DNA from: an uncultured Planctomycetaceae bacterium
GTDB lineage: Bacteria > Planctomycetota > Planctomycetia > Planctomycetales > Planctomycetaceae
Direction of reading: 5' to 3'
Assembly: GCA_963815195.1 (NCBI GenBank)
Contig: CAWFGE010000008.1
Location: forward strand, 448,001 to 512,000
Length of the DNA stretch: 64,000 nucleotides
Of the stretch, positions 10,509 through 19,731 are shown one piece after another. The notes under the pieces were generated by a model. That model was not told the origin of the DNA. It saw nothing but the letters and a program-made list of their open reading frames with translations, and did not search any database. The translations under genes were made by a program, and so were the position numbers. Numbering within the stretch: the first letter of the stretch is position 1; each line of letters starts with the position of its first letter.

Positions 10509-11828
10509 TCACGCTTTGCGGATTTTTTCGCGGCCGTCTTGGACGTTTTTGGTTGCGTTTCTGGTGTCCACCACCAGCCGGGCGTGCTTGACGATCGTGT
10601 CGTAATCGTAGGCGGTGTGGTCCGTGGCGATCAACACGCAATCCTGCTCGGCGAGGAACTCCGGCGTGAGTTCCCGGCTGGACAGGTCCGGGACGACGTG
10701 ATGCCTCATCTTGGGCAGCTTAGGGATGTGCGGGTCGTTATAGCTGATGTTGGCACCGCGCTCCTGCAATAGTTCCATGAGCACGAACGACGGGCTTTCG
10801 CGGGGATCGTCCACATCCTTTTTGTAAGCCATGCCCAGAATGCAGATCTTGCTGCCTTTGATCGGCTTGCCTTCATCGTTCAGAAACTCGGCGACGCGGC
10901 GGATGACGTACTCGGGCATGCGGGAATTGACTTCCCCCGCCAGTTCGATAAACCGCGTCGCGAGGCCTTGCTTTCGCGCGAGCCAGGTGAGGTAAAACGG
11001 ATCGATCGGAATGCAGTGCCCGCCCAGGCCCGGCCCCGGATAAAACGCCTGGAACCCGAACGGCTTCGTCTTGGCGGCGTCGATCACTTCCCACACATCG
11101 AGGCCCATGCGGTCGAAGAGCAGTTTGAGTTCGTTGACCAAGGCGATGTTCACGGCACGGTAGGTGTTTTCGAGAATCTTGCAGGCCTCGGCCACTTCGG
11201 GGCTGGAAACGGGGATGACCTGCACGATGGCGTGCCGATAGAGAGCCGCCGCGAGTTCGCCGCTTTCCGGGTCGATCCCGCCGACGACTTTGGGGATCCC
11301 GGAGGCGGTGAAGTCGGGGTTGCCGGGGTCTTCGCGTTCGGGGCTGTAGGCCAGGTAAAAATCCTGGCCGACTTTGAGGCCGCTCGTTTCGAGAATCGGC
11401 AGCACCACGTCGCGCGTGGTGGAGGGATAGGTCGTGCTTTCCAGGATCACGAGTTGCCCGGGCCGGAGCGTTTTCGCGATCGCCCGCGCTGTCCCTTCGA
11501 CGTATTGCAAATCCGGGTCCCGGCTGTCGGTCAGCGGCGTGGGCACGCACACCAAGAGCACGTCCGCCTCGCCCAAGCGGGACATGTCGGCCGTGGGTTC
11601 CAACTCCTTTTTCTCGATCCAATTGGCGACGGTGGCGGAATGGATGTGCTTGATGTAGCTGCGGCCGGCGGCGAGGGCGTCGACCTTCGCCTGGTCCACA
11701 TCAAATCCCATGCAGCGAAACCCGGCCTGCGTGAAAGCGTGAATCAAAGGCAATCCCACATAGCCCAGCCCGATCACTCCGACCACGGCGGTCTTGTCCG
11801 CAATGGCTTTCGCCAGATCCTGCCCCAT
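10509..11828 (-). CDS. Nucleotide-sugar dehydrogenase (UDP-GlcNAc/ManNAc 6-dehydrogenase family)
   Basis: GLGYVGLP, CVPTP, ESTTYP, SPEREDPG, GPGLGGHCIPIDP, AYKKDVDDPRESP. Confidence 0.93.
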   Translation of the reverse strand: MGQDLAKAIADKTAVVGVIGLGYVGLPLIHAFTQAGFRCMGFDVDQAKVDALAAGRSYIKHIHSATVANWIEKKELEPTADMSRLGEADVLLVCVPTPLTDSRDPDLQYVEGTARAIAKTLRPGQLVILESTTYPSTTRDVVLPILETSGLKVGQDFYLAYSPEREDPGNPDFTASGIPKVVGGIDPESGELAAALYRHAIVQVIPVSSPEVAEACKILENTYRAVNIALVNELKLLFDRMGLDVWEVIDAAKTKPFGFQAFYPGPGLGGHCIPIDPFYLTWLARKQGLATRFIELAGEVNSRMPEYVIRRVAEFLNDEGKPIKGSKICILGMAYKKDVDDPRESPSFVLMELLQERGANISYNDPHIPKLPKMRHHVVPDLSSRELTPEFLAEQDCVLIATDHTAYDYDTIVKHARLVVDTRNATKNVQDGREKIRKA

Positions 11829-11984
11829 GATGTATTTCCTGAAACTGTGCGTTACGTGAAAACCACCATTTTTAACGCAAAGGCGCAACGAACGCAAAGA
11901 TTGGCAAAGGGAGAGAGGAATATCTTGGGACTCTGCTCTAATTGTTTTCGCCCCAGCCCCCGCAACGGAGGAACCTCTTACCTC

Positions 11985-12195
11985 TTTACGCCGAAGGCGT
12001 TCGATAACAAAGCCCAGGGTCAGCGGCGCAGCCGCGCCGCCCTGGGTTGTCGTTTGAGAAACTCTGATTCTTACGCCGAAGGCGTTAGACAAAATGGTTG
12101 TGTAACGCCTTCGGCGTATTGCCTTGACGGAATACCTCCGACCCAGCGTGCGCTTCGCGACTCTGGGCTTTGGGATTTAACCGCTTCGCGGTAAA
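11985..12195. repeat. Composite REP/MITE-like element
   Basis: TACGCCGAAGGCGTT twice, inverted AACGCCTTCGGCGTA and AACCGCTTCGCGGTA, with AGCCCAGGG/CTGGGCT arms. Confidence 0.8.
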
Positions 12196-12198
12196 AGC

Positions 12199-15100
12199 TC
12201 ACCGAAACAGCATCCCCGCGTAGCCCACGACGCGGGATTTTTCGCCCGAGACATCGGCGGACGTGGCGTAGGCCACGCGGCGGCTTTGGGTGAGTTTCCC
12301 CAAATGCGCGAGCGTTTTCAAGACAATCACCGCCGGCCGCATCCCGCACATGCTGATGTGGTTTTCGGTGCAGGTTTGATAGAGGGCATCGGGATCGAGT
12401 TTGTCCAACTCGGCGAGCGCCAATCCGTCCAACCGGCGGTTCTCGGCATCGGGGGCGAAGTGGTTCATGTCGCTGGAGATGATGAAGAGCGGCGGTTCGT
12501 CCGTCTCGGCGATGACTTCCGCGAGTTTCTCCGCGAATGTGTTTAATTGATCCAACCGCCCGCCGCCGATGGTGATCCCGACGATTTTCGTCTTGGGAGC
12601 CAGGCGGTGAATCAGCGGCAGTTCCACTTCGATTCCATGCTCGGCCTGATGGGCGGCGGCATCGAGCTTGAGGCCTGGAATCCTTTCGGCCAGACGCTTG
12701 GCAAGCCCCTGATCGGATTCCAACTCGCCGGTGGGCAGCGACCACTTGGCGTAGGGAGCCACCGCCCAGTCCACGCCGTGGGGCGTGTGTTTGGGGCCGA
12801 TGAGAATGACCGTTTTGGGAAACTCGATTTGCGCGAGCACGTCGCCCGCGATTTTTCCCGAATAGACCCAGCCCGCGTGGGGAACCATCGCGGCGGACCA
12901 CCCGGATCGTTCCGCGTTCGCGGGAAGCAGCTCGTCGAGCATTTGGTTCACATCGTCAGCCGAGGCCGGATAGAACGTGCCGGCGACGGCGGGCAGGCGA
13001 ATGTCGGGGCCGGTCACCGAGCGCGGACGGTCCACGACCTGCCCGCGCGGATGGGAGGACATGACGCGCAAGCTCATCACGAGCGTCAGGTCCGGCTCGT
13101 CGATTTCGGCAAGCTCCATCGCTTCTTTGAAGAGGATCTCGGCGTTTTTTTCATCATCGAAGACCCAGGCCCGGCGGTTGCCTTCCGCCACGAGAATCGC
13201 GCGGTCGCCATCAATGATGCCCGCCAGATTGGGGTCGCCCGCGGTGCCGTGCATGTTGGGATCGGTGAGCACCGTCATCGAGACTTTCACTTCGTTCGGC
13301 GGGATGCGGTGATTCGCGAGCGCCCGGGCCAGTTCCTCGCAGAGCGAAAACATCGTGGACTGGAGCGGCATCGTCTGCCGCAGGTTCAGCCGCGTGCTCA
13401 CGAGTTCCTGACCCGATCCGGGAAGGCTGACCCGCAGGCTGACGGCGTTGACGTTGCCGTCGGAGACCGAAGGACAATAGTAACGCGGCGTGGCACCTTG
13501 CATCAACGTTCGCAGCGTCTCGCCGCCGAACTGGGCATAGGCGGCCACGTCCCGCGGCGAGAACAACGGCGGAGCCAGCGGCCAGTTGGCGGTTTCTTCC
13601 TCGCTGAGCACTTGGCCCGCGTGCTCGCTGCCTTCGAAGCGGAACACCTGCGTCTCCTCATCCCGCCAGGCGGTCGCGGGCAGGCCGGCTTTGAGGCAGG
13701 TGCGGTTGAGAAACTCTTCCGCATCCCAGCCATGCTCGATCGCCACGCCCGGCAGCAACAAACCTCGCACAGAGCTGCGGACGACTTGCAAGCCATGCCG
13801 GCCGATGGTGACTGCGCCGATGCGGTCTTCGCCCTGTTCCGCGATTTCTTCGGGCGGCCCCAACAGCCAAACGTCCAAATCGAGATAAGGCAATTCGTTG
13901 CCGGAGATCCGCGGAAAGCGGGGATCGTCCGTGGCCGTGCGAACCGCCGCGAGCGTGAGGGACTGAAACAGCGGCATCACCACGCCGAGGTTCCCACAGC
14001 ACGACCGCAAATGCCCGCCGCGCTTGGCCGTGACGAAAACGCCCGACACCGGATGCTGGGCCAATTCGAGATGTTCCTCGCCGAACAACTCGGCCGGCGA
14101 GAATTGCAGGGAGCGTTCCAGGCTGGCCGCTTTGAGAACCCGCCCCGCCGCCTTGACGACCCGCGCGGATTGCTCGGCGGTCAAATTCGGCAAAGCCAAA
14201 GTGGAAGTCGTCATACCAGCACCTCCTTTTGTTTTGGTTTCAGCGTCTTTCGTCGATCGTTCTTGAACGGCCGATGCGGGCGAAGTCTCCCGGGGAGCCC
14301 GAGCGAACTGCCGCATGTCCACGGGCTGCCGCTGCCGGCCCCAGTCGCCGGGCTCCTCATCGAAATGCCCCGCGACGCGGGCCCCGCAAAACCGGCAGTG
14401 CGAGCCGTCGAGGTTGTATTCGCCGAGCTCGTACCAGTTGCGCTCGATGACAACTTTGTGACAATTCGGACAATACGTGCTCTGCCGCAAGGCGTCGTTC
14501 ACGTTCCCGGTATAAACATATTTGAGCCCCGTGGCCAGGGCGATTTCGCGGGCGGCGATTAGAGTCTCCGGCGGCGTGGGGCCTCGGTCCCGCATGCGGA
14601 AATCGGGATGAAACGCCGTGAAGTGCACCGGCACCTCGTCGCCTACGTTCTCCAGAATCCAATCGCACATCCGCTGGAACTCGTCCGCGTTGTCATTGGC
14701 CTGCGGGATGATCAGGTTCGTAATCTCAAACCACACGTCCGTTTCACGCTTGAGCCAGCGCAGCGTGTCGAGCACGGGCTGAATATGCGACAGCGTGAGC
14801 TTGTAATAGAATTCCTCCTCGAACGCTTTGAGATCCACGTTCGCGGCGTCCATTTCCGCGTAGAAATCCTCGCGGGCGGTTTCGGTGATGTAGCCCGCGG
14901 TCACGGCGACGGCTTTGACTCCCTCGGCCCGGCAAGCGCGGGCGGTCTCGATCGCATACTCGGCCCAAATCACCGGGTCGTTATAAGTAAAGGCCACGCT
15001 TTTGCAGCCGAGGGCTTTTGCGGCGCGGGCGATGTCCTCCGGGCCGGCCCGTTCGCTGAGGCGTGCGATCTCGCGGGATTTGGAGATGTCCCAGTTCTGG

Positions 15101-15435
15101 CAGAACTTGCAGCCCAAATTGCAGCCCGCCGTGCCGAAGGACAGCACACTCGTGCCGGGATAAAAATGGTTGAGCGGCTTCTTTTCGATGGGGTCGATGC
15201 AGAACCCGGTGCTGCGGCCGTAGGTGGTGAGCATCATCTGGCCGCCGATGTTCTGCCGGACAAAGCAGAACCCGCGGTCGCCGGGCTTGAGCACGCATTC
15301 GCGCGGGCAGAGGTCGCAGACGATTTTGCCGTCTTCCGCATGCCACCACTTGCCGGGGTACAAAAACGGCCGTTCGGCCGGGTCAATTTCCGAATTCGCC
15401 AAAATGGTCAGTTGTCGTTCTTCTGTTGTGGACAT
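12199..15435 (-). CDS. amrS: AmmeMemoRadiSam triple fusion: radical SAM (AmrS) + AMMECR1 (AmrA) + MEMO1 (AmrB)
   Basis: DPIEKKPL and CNLGCKFCQN (radical SAM); LRSCCG, DPRFP, GLLLPGVA (AMMECR1); PAVAGTFYP, PHAGWVYSG, EHGIEV, SSDMNH, VGYAG (MEMO). Confidence 0.92.
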   Translation of the reverse strand: MSTTEERQLTILANSEIDPAERPFLYPGKWWHAEDGKIVCDLCPRECVLKPGDRGFCFVRQNIGGQMMLTTYGRSTGFCIDPIEKKPLNHFYPGTSVLSFGTAGCNLGCKFCQNWDISKSREIARLSERAGPEDIARAAKALGCKSVAFTYNDPVIWAEYAIETARACRAEGVKAVAVTAGYITETAREDFYAEMDAANVDLKAFEEEFYYKLTLSHIQPVLDTLRWLKRETDVWFEITNLIIPQANDNADEFQRMCDWILENVGDEVPVHFTAFHPDFRMRDRGPTPPETLIAAREIALATGLKYVYTGNVNDALRQSTYCPNCHKVVIERNWYELGEYNLDGSHCRFCGARVAGHFDEEPGDWGRQRQPVDMRQFARAPRETSPASAVQERSTKDAETKTKGGAGMTTSTLALPNLTAEQSARVVKAAGRVLKAASLERSLQFSPAELFGEEHLELAQHPVSGVFVTAKRGGHLRSCCGNLGVVMPLFQSLTLAAVRTATDDPRFPRISGNELPYLDLDVWLLGPPEEIAEQGEDRIGAVTIGRHGLQVVRSSVRGLLLPGVAIEHGWDAEEFLNRTCLKAGLPATAWRDEETQVFRFEGSEHAGQVLSEEETANWPLAPPLFSPRDVAAYAQFGGETLRTLMQGATPRYYCPSVSDGNVNAVSLRVSLPGSGQELVSTRLNLRQTMPLQSTMFSLCEELARALANHRIPPNEVKVSMTVLTDPNMHGTAGDPNLAGIIDGDRAILVAEGNRRAWVFDDEKNAEILFKEAMELAEIDEPDLTLVMSLRVMSSHPRGQVVDRPRSVTGPDIRLPAVAGTFYPASADDVNQMLDELLPANAERSGWSAAMVPHAGWVYSGKIAGDVLAQIEFPKTVILIGPKHTPHGVDWAVAPYAKWSLPTGELESDQGLAKRLAERIPGLKLDAAAHQAEHGIEVELPLIHRLAPKTKIVGITIGGGRLDQLNTFAEKLAEVIAETDEPPLFIISSDMNHFAPDAENRRLDGLALAELDKLDPDALYQTCTENHISMCGMRPAVIVLKTLAHLGKLTQSRRVAYATSADVSGEKSRVVGYAGMLFR

Positions 15436-15649
15436 GTTGGGGAGGAGTGAATTGGGGGAAGGGGAAGGAATGCCGAGAGGCGAGGCGTCCGCGCGGTCCC
15501 GGCTTTGAAGAGAACCGCTTATGAAATGAGACAACATTCTCAGGAGAGAACCTGAAAACTGGGAGCGGAAGAATTCGAAGAGCGGACCAGAGGAAATGAC
15601 AGCTGGCCAAATGTTTCATTTATCGATTCAACGCGGTCTCGGGGAGCGG

Positions 15650-17056
15650 TCAACGTTCCGACGCGGGAATATGGATCGCGGCGAAACTGCACAAGCCGAA
15701 GCCGATCGGCTTCATGTGGCTGGGGCGGATTTCGTCCGCCGCGTGCCCGTTGAAGTTGACATACAGCGTCCCCCCGTCGGGGCTCAGCTTCACACCATAA
15801 CTCCCGCCGGGAACGTACCGGAAATGAGTCTCAAACGCCGGGGCGAGAAACGCGAGCACCTTGCGGGTGCCGGCGGCGATGTCGTACTGAACCACCGGTG
15901 TCCCGTATTTGAACGCCTGCCCGTGCGAGCCGGGCAGGTAATACAGGAACCGCTCATCGGGCGAGAGCACGGTGACGGTCGTGTATTGCCCGGTGCCCCA
16001 GGTCGGGCCGAGCCGTTCCAGTTTTCCATTCGCGGGGTCGAAGCGAAACAACTCATTGGTTTTGTGGGTCGTCCCGAAAATCACGCCGGCTTTGGTCGGC
16101 CGCGCGGAAGCCCGCATGCCGGGCGAATCGGGAAACGTGGCGCCGGTTTTCTGAACGCGGCCCGTCGCGGGATCGAGCTTCATCAATTTTCCCTCGGCTC
16201 CGTTGAAGTAGATCGCTCCGCCTGAGCCCAGCGCGAAACTGCGGTTGAACCCCACCTCGCCGTCTTGGCCCTGATAGATCGTCTTGCCGGTTTTCAGATT
16301 CAGTCCGAACAACGCGTCGCCGGTCCCGGCTTCCAGATTGCACCACCAGATGTTTCGCTTCGCATCGAACCGCGACGTGGCGGAACATCGCTTGGGCGGC
16401 AGGCTGGCGAACACCCGCGTCTTGCCCGAGTCGGGATCGAACTCGTAAAGCTGCCCGCCGGTCAGGTGCTCGTTCCAGTGGTATTGCTCCTGGCCCGCCC
16501 GGTTGCCTGCATTGAGCGTGCAGGAAAAATAGATCTTTCCTTGGGGCCCTTCGTCGATCTTCGCGTGCACCTTGGACCAGGCCGGCTGCCCTTCGCGGTG
16601 GGGGACGACCTGGTTCATGTCGACGATTTGCGAAAGCGTTTTCGTTTGGGGATCCCAGCGGTAGAGAAAGCAGCGGGCGTCGCCCTCGGCATCGTGGCCG
16701 TGATCGCCGATGCCCACATACACCCGCCCGTCCTTCGCCACACAGATGTCGCCCCACGAGGACCACAACCGCCGCTGGTCCGCCCCCTTTCCCAGGTGTT
16801 GATGGTACGCCAAATCCACCGTGGGGGCCTCTTTCGCCATCACGAACGCGGCAGCGCCTTTTTCATTCCGAGTCGCTGCGACAGCTTGCGGGACTTTTAA
16901 AAACTCATCCGTTTGTAGCGAAGCCGTTCCGTTGCGGCTGCCGGGAAGCGCGGGCGGCCAGCCGTCGCCTTCATCCGCCTGGAGATGCGGGACGATCGCG
17001 GCCAGAGTGAAACATGCCGCGACAACAATTCGAGATTGCATCGATCGAGAAATCAT
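15650..17056 (-). CDS. Secreted beta-propeller-like hypothetical protein
   Basis: Signal-peptide-like N-terminus; repeated DG.VY and LY.FDP..G blade-like motifs. Confidence 0.65.
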   Translation of the reverse strand: MISRSMQSRIVVAACFTLAAIVPHLQADEGDGWPPALPGSRNGTASLQTDEFLKVPQAVAATRNEKGAAAFVMAKEAPTVDLAYHQHLGKGADQRRLWSSWGDICVAKDGRVYVGIGDHGHDAEGDARCFLYRWDPQTKTLSQIVDMNQVVPHREGQPAWSKVHAKIDEGPQGKIYFSCTLNAGNRAGQEQYHWNEHLTGGQLYEFDPDSGKTRVFASLPPKRCSATSRFDAKRNIWWCNLEAGTGDALFGLNLKTGKTIYQGQDGEVGFNRSFALGSGGAIYFNGAEGKLMKLDPATGRVQKTGATFPDSPGMRASARPTKAGVIFGTTHKTNELFRFDPANGKLERLGPTWGTGQYTTVTVLSPDERFLYYLPGSHGQAFKYGTPVVQYDIAAGTRKVLAFLAPAFETHFRYVPGGSYGVKLSPDGGTLYVNFNGHAADEIRPSHMKPIGFGLCSFAAIHIPASER

Positions 17057-17184
17057 CCGAATATGTCCTTCCACGATTTCCAATGACCGCGGGTGTGGTT
17101 CGTTCCTGAATTGGACCGTTCCCATCACAATAACCGGGAACCGGCCGCACCGCCACGCCGCGTCCAGTTTCTGAAACCTGTTTG

Positions 17185-17386
17185 AAAACCTGAGCGGTAG
17201 GCGCTAGCCTCCGGTTTCGATGAAAGGATACTCACAGAATCAAGACCGGAGGCTAGCGCCTTGCCGCTCATGTTTGCAGAGACCGGAGGCTACGCCTTGC
17301 CGCTCATGTTTGCAGAGGCCGGAGGCTAGCGCCTTGCCGCTCATGTTTGCAGAGACCGGAGGCTAGCGCCTTGCCGCTCAGGTTTT
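17185..17386. repeat. REP-like element with one arm tandemly amplified (37-bp unit, about 4 copies)
   Basis: One left arm TGAGCGGTAGGCGCTAGCCTCCGGT and four inverted arms (A/G)CCGGAGGCTA(G)CGCCTTGCCGCTCA joined by constant TGTTTGCAGAG. Confidence 0.9.
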
Positions 17387-17438
17387 TAGAGGAATCTGTT
17401 TTGAAACACCTTGTGAGGCTTCCGCCGAGGAGCATTTG

Positions 17439-18710
17439 ATGAAAGCGATCGTCACCGTCGGCTTGGGGTTTGGCGACGAAGGCAAAGGGGCCACGGTGGA
17501 TTTTCTCACCCGGCGGTATCGGGCCGAGGTCGTGGTGCGGTATTGCGGTGGCTCGCAGGCGGGGCACAACGTCGAACTGCCCGACGGAAGCCGGCACACA
17601 TTTTCCCAGTTCGGAGCGGGCACCCTGGCCGGGGCGAAAACCTATCTGGGGCCGCGGATGATCATCAGTCCCGCCACGCTGCCCCCCGAAGCCGAGCATC
17701 TGAAGCGCCTGGGCGTCGAGAACCCCTATGCCCTTCTGACCGTGCATCCCGATTGCCTCGTTTCGACGTTTTACCACATCACGATGAACCGGCTCCGCGA
17801 GCTGTCGCGGGGCGAAGATCGGCACGGTTCATGCGGTTTGGGCATCGGCGAAACCAGGCATTATTGGCTCCGCTACGGACAAGACGCGGTGTTCGCCAAC
17901 GACCTTCGCGACCCGCGCACGCTCCGGGCGAAGCTCGCCCTGTTGCGGGACCGCGTCCTGCTCGAGATGCAGGAACTTCCGACGCTCGATGAAGAATCGA
18001 GCCGGGCAATTCATGAAACCCGGCCGGCCGAGGAAGCCGGCTCGCTGCAATCGGCGTTTCAAGGAGCGACTCTGTCCCCCCGTCTTCCCGAGGCTCAGAC
18101 GCTCGTTTTTGAAGGTGCGCAAGGCGTGCTCTTGGATGAATGGAAGGGCTTTCCTCCCTACACCACCTGGAGCACTGTCACCACGCATCACGCCTGGGAA
18201 TTGATTGCAGAGCACCAAATCGAGGAGGTGACGGTGCTAGGCCTCACGCGGGCCTATGCAACCCGCCACGGTTCGGGGCCGTTTCCGACGTTCGATCCAG
18301 AACTCACCGCGCGGACGTTGGATCCCGGAAACCCCGAAAACCCCTGGCAAGGCCGGCTCCGCTGCGGGGCGCTTGATCTGGTGTTGCTCAACTATGCCAT
18401 CTCCGCCTGCCCGATCGACGGGTTGGTTGTCAACAACCTCGATCAAGTTCCCAAAGCGATCCCCGTGTGCCGGCGGTATGCGCGAGCAAGTTCCTTCCCC
18501 GTCCCCAAGAGTCTCAAAGAACAATCCGAACTTACAGAACGACTTCTGTCCGCGCAGCCGGAGATCGAGCCTCGGTCCCCTTCCGAGTTGCTCGAAGATC
18601 TGAAACAGTTTGCCCCCGTCGTTCTCACGGCCGATGGGCCAACGCACCAACACCGGGAGATCCGCACGGATCAGACGATCCTCCCCGCGGACCCTCAGCC
18701 GTTGTGTTAG
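17439..18710 (+). CDS. Divergent adenylosuccinate synthetase-like protein
   Basis: GFGDEGKG, QAGHNV, GSCGLGIG, FEGAQGVLLD, RAYATRHGSGPFPT; non-canonical aspartate-binding loop. Confidence 0.88.
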   Translation: MKAIVTVGLGFGDEGKGATVDFLTRRYRAEVVVRYCGGSQAGHNVELPDGSRHTFSQFGAGTLAGAKTYLGPRMIISPATLPPEAEHLKRLGVENPYALLTVHPDCLVSTFYHITMNRLRELSRGEDRHGSCGLGIGETRHYWLRYGQDAVFANDLRDPRTLRAKLALLRDRVLLEMQELPTLDEESSRAIHETRPAEEAGSLQSAFQGATLSPRLPEAQTLVFEGAQGVLLDEWKGFPPYTTWSTVTTHHAWELIAEHQIEEVTVLGLTRAYATRHGSGPFPTFDPELTARTLDPGNPENPWQGRLRCGALDLVLLNYAISACPIDGLVVNNLDQVPKAIPVCRRYARASSFPVPKSLKEQSELTERLLSAQPEIEPRSPSELLEDLKQFAPVVLTADGPTHQHREIRTDQTILPADPQPLC

Positions 18711-19630
18711 AAGTCCGCGATCTTTCCGAGTTCGCTCAAGACTCGACGGGCGGCGGGGCTGATGAGCCGGCCGTCCAGGCAGCACTCGGCGCGGACTTCG
18801 TTCGCGGTGACCCAGCGGTTCGCCGCCGCATTGCTGACTCGCTGCTCGGCGTTGGGGTTCAGCGAGACCTCGAATGCAGTCATTTGATACCGGGTGTCCT
18901 GCCAGGCGCTCGCGGACCAGGCTGCAAAATCCAACAATCGATCGCCGCCGACGGCATAGTCGCTCGGAGCGAGATCGAGCTCTTCAGAGATCTCCCGCTG
19001 AAGGCAGTCCAGGGCAGGCTCCCCGGTTTTCGCGTGCCCGCCCACCAAAAAATATCGGCCCCAGCGTTCGTTGTATTGAACGAGCCATTGCGGGGAATTT
19101 TTGACCCGGCGTTCCATGATGGCGATTCTCGATTCGGAACTCCGCAACCCGCCCCGGACCGGCGGTGGGAACGAGCCGCCATGATCTTGGGACGCCTCGA
19201 TCAATCGGGCGACGACCCGGCGAGCGGTCGGCGAAATCGGCCGCCGGCCGGGATCGAGCACCTCGTCCCGAGCCAGCCATTCCGCGATCAGTCCCGGCGG
19301 GACCACGCCTTCCTCGACGGGAAAACCGAAGACCTCGAGATGGTAATGCTGCACCCGGCCGGAGCGGTCGCTTTGCTGCAATTCGGGCATGTCGCATAAC
19401 AGCCCCGCTTCTCTTTGCGTCGTCTTGCCGAGGACTTCGGCCACGTTGCGCAAAGCAGCATCCGAACCGGCCTCCCGGCGTTCGGCCCCGGCGTCGAGCC
19501 CCGCCGATTTTGTGCGAATTTTTGTCATCGGCAGCGTAAACGCTCCCCACGAGGGATTGTGAACCAAGAGCAACTGTTCGCCGTGATACACAACGGTCAC
19601 AGCCACATCGACGCGCGGGATCTCTGGCAT
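18707..19630 (-). CDS. Tandem Nudix-domain protein
   Basis: The C-terminal domain has the Nudix box GHAKTGEPALDCLQREISEELDL; the N-terminal domain has degenerate AALRNVAEVLG. Both domains end in ISP.ARRV. Confidence 0.8.
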   Translation of the reverse strand: MPEIPRVDVAVTVVYHGEQLLLVHNPSWGAFTLPMTKIRTKSAGLDAGAERREAGSDAALRNVAEVLGKTTQREAGLLCDMPELQQSDRSGRVQHYHLEVFGFPVEEGVVPPGLIAEWLARDEVLDPGRRPISPTARRVVARLIEASQDHGGSFPPPVRGGLRSSESRIAIMERRVKNSPQWLVQYNERWGRYFLVGGHAKTGEPALDCLQREISEELDLAPSDYAVGGDRLLDFAAWSASAWQDTRYQMTAFEVSLNPNAEQRVSNAAANRWVTANEVRAECCLDGRLISPAARRVLSELGKIADF

Positions 19631-19731
19631 GGCAAGGCTTCCTGAATGATCAACAGGTCTTGGAAAAGTGCTTGTGAGTATAACAATTCCCCCATCAACT
19701 TGGTCCGCAAAAATGGGCGGGACGGGAGGTG

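Noticed and set aside
17243..17380. CRISPR array
   Set aside because: The units are head-to-tail with a constant ~11-bp linker, there are no unique spacers, and no cas genes are in the window.
17439..18710. PurZ (2-aminoadenine pathway)
   Set aside because: It retains the GDEGKG aspartate, whereas PurZ has Ser there, and there are no phage, datZ or mazZ genes in context.
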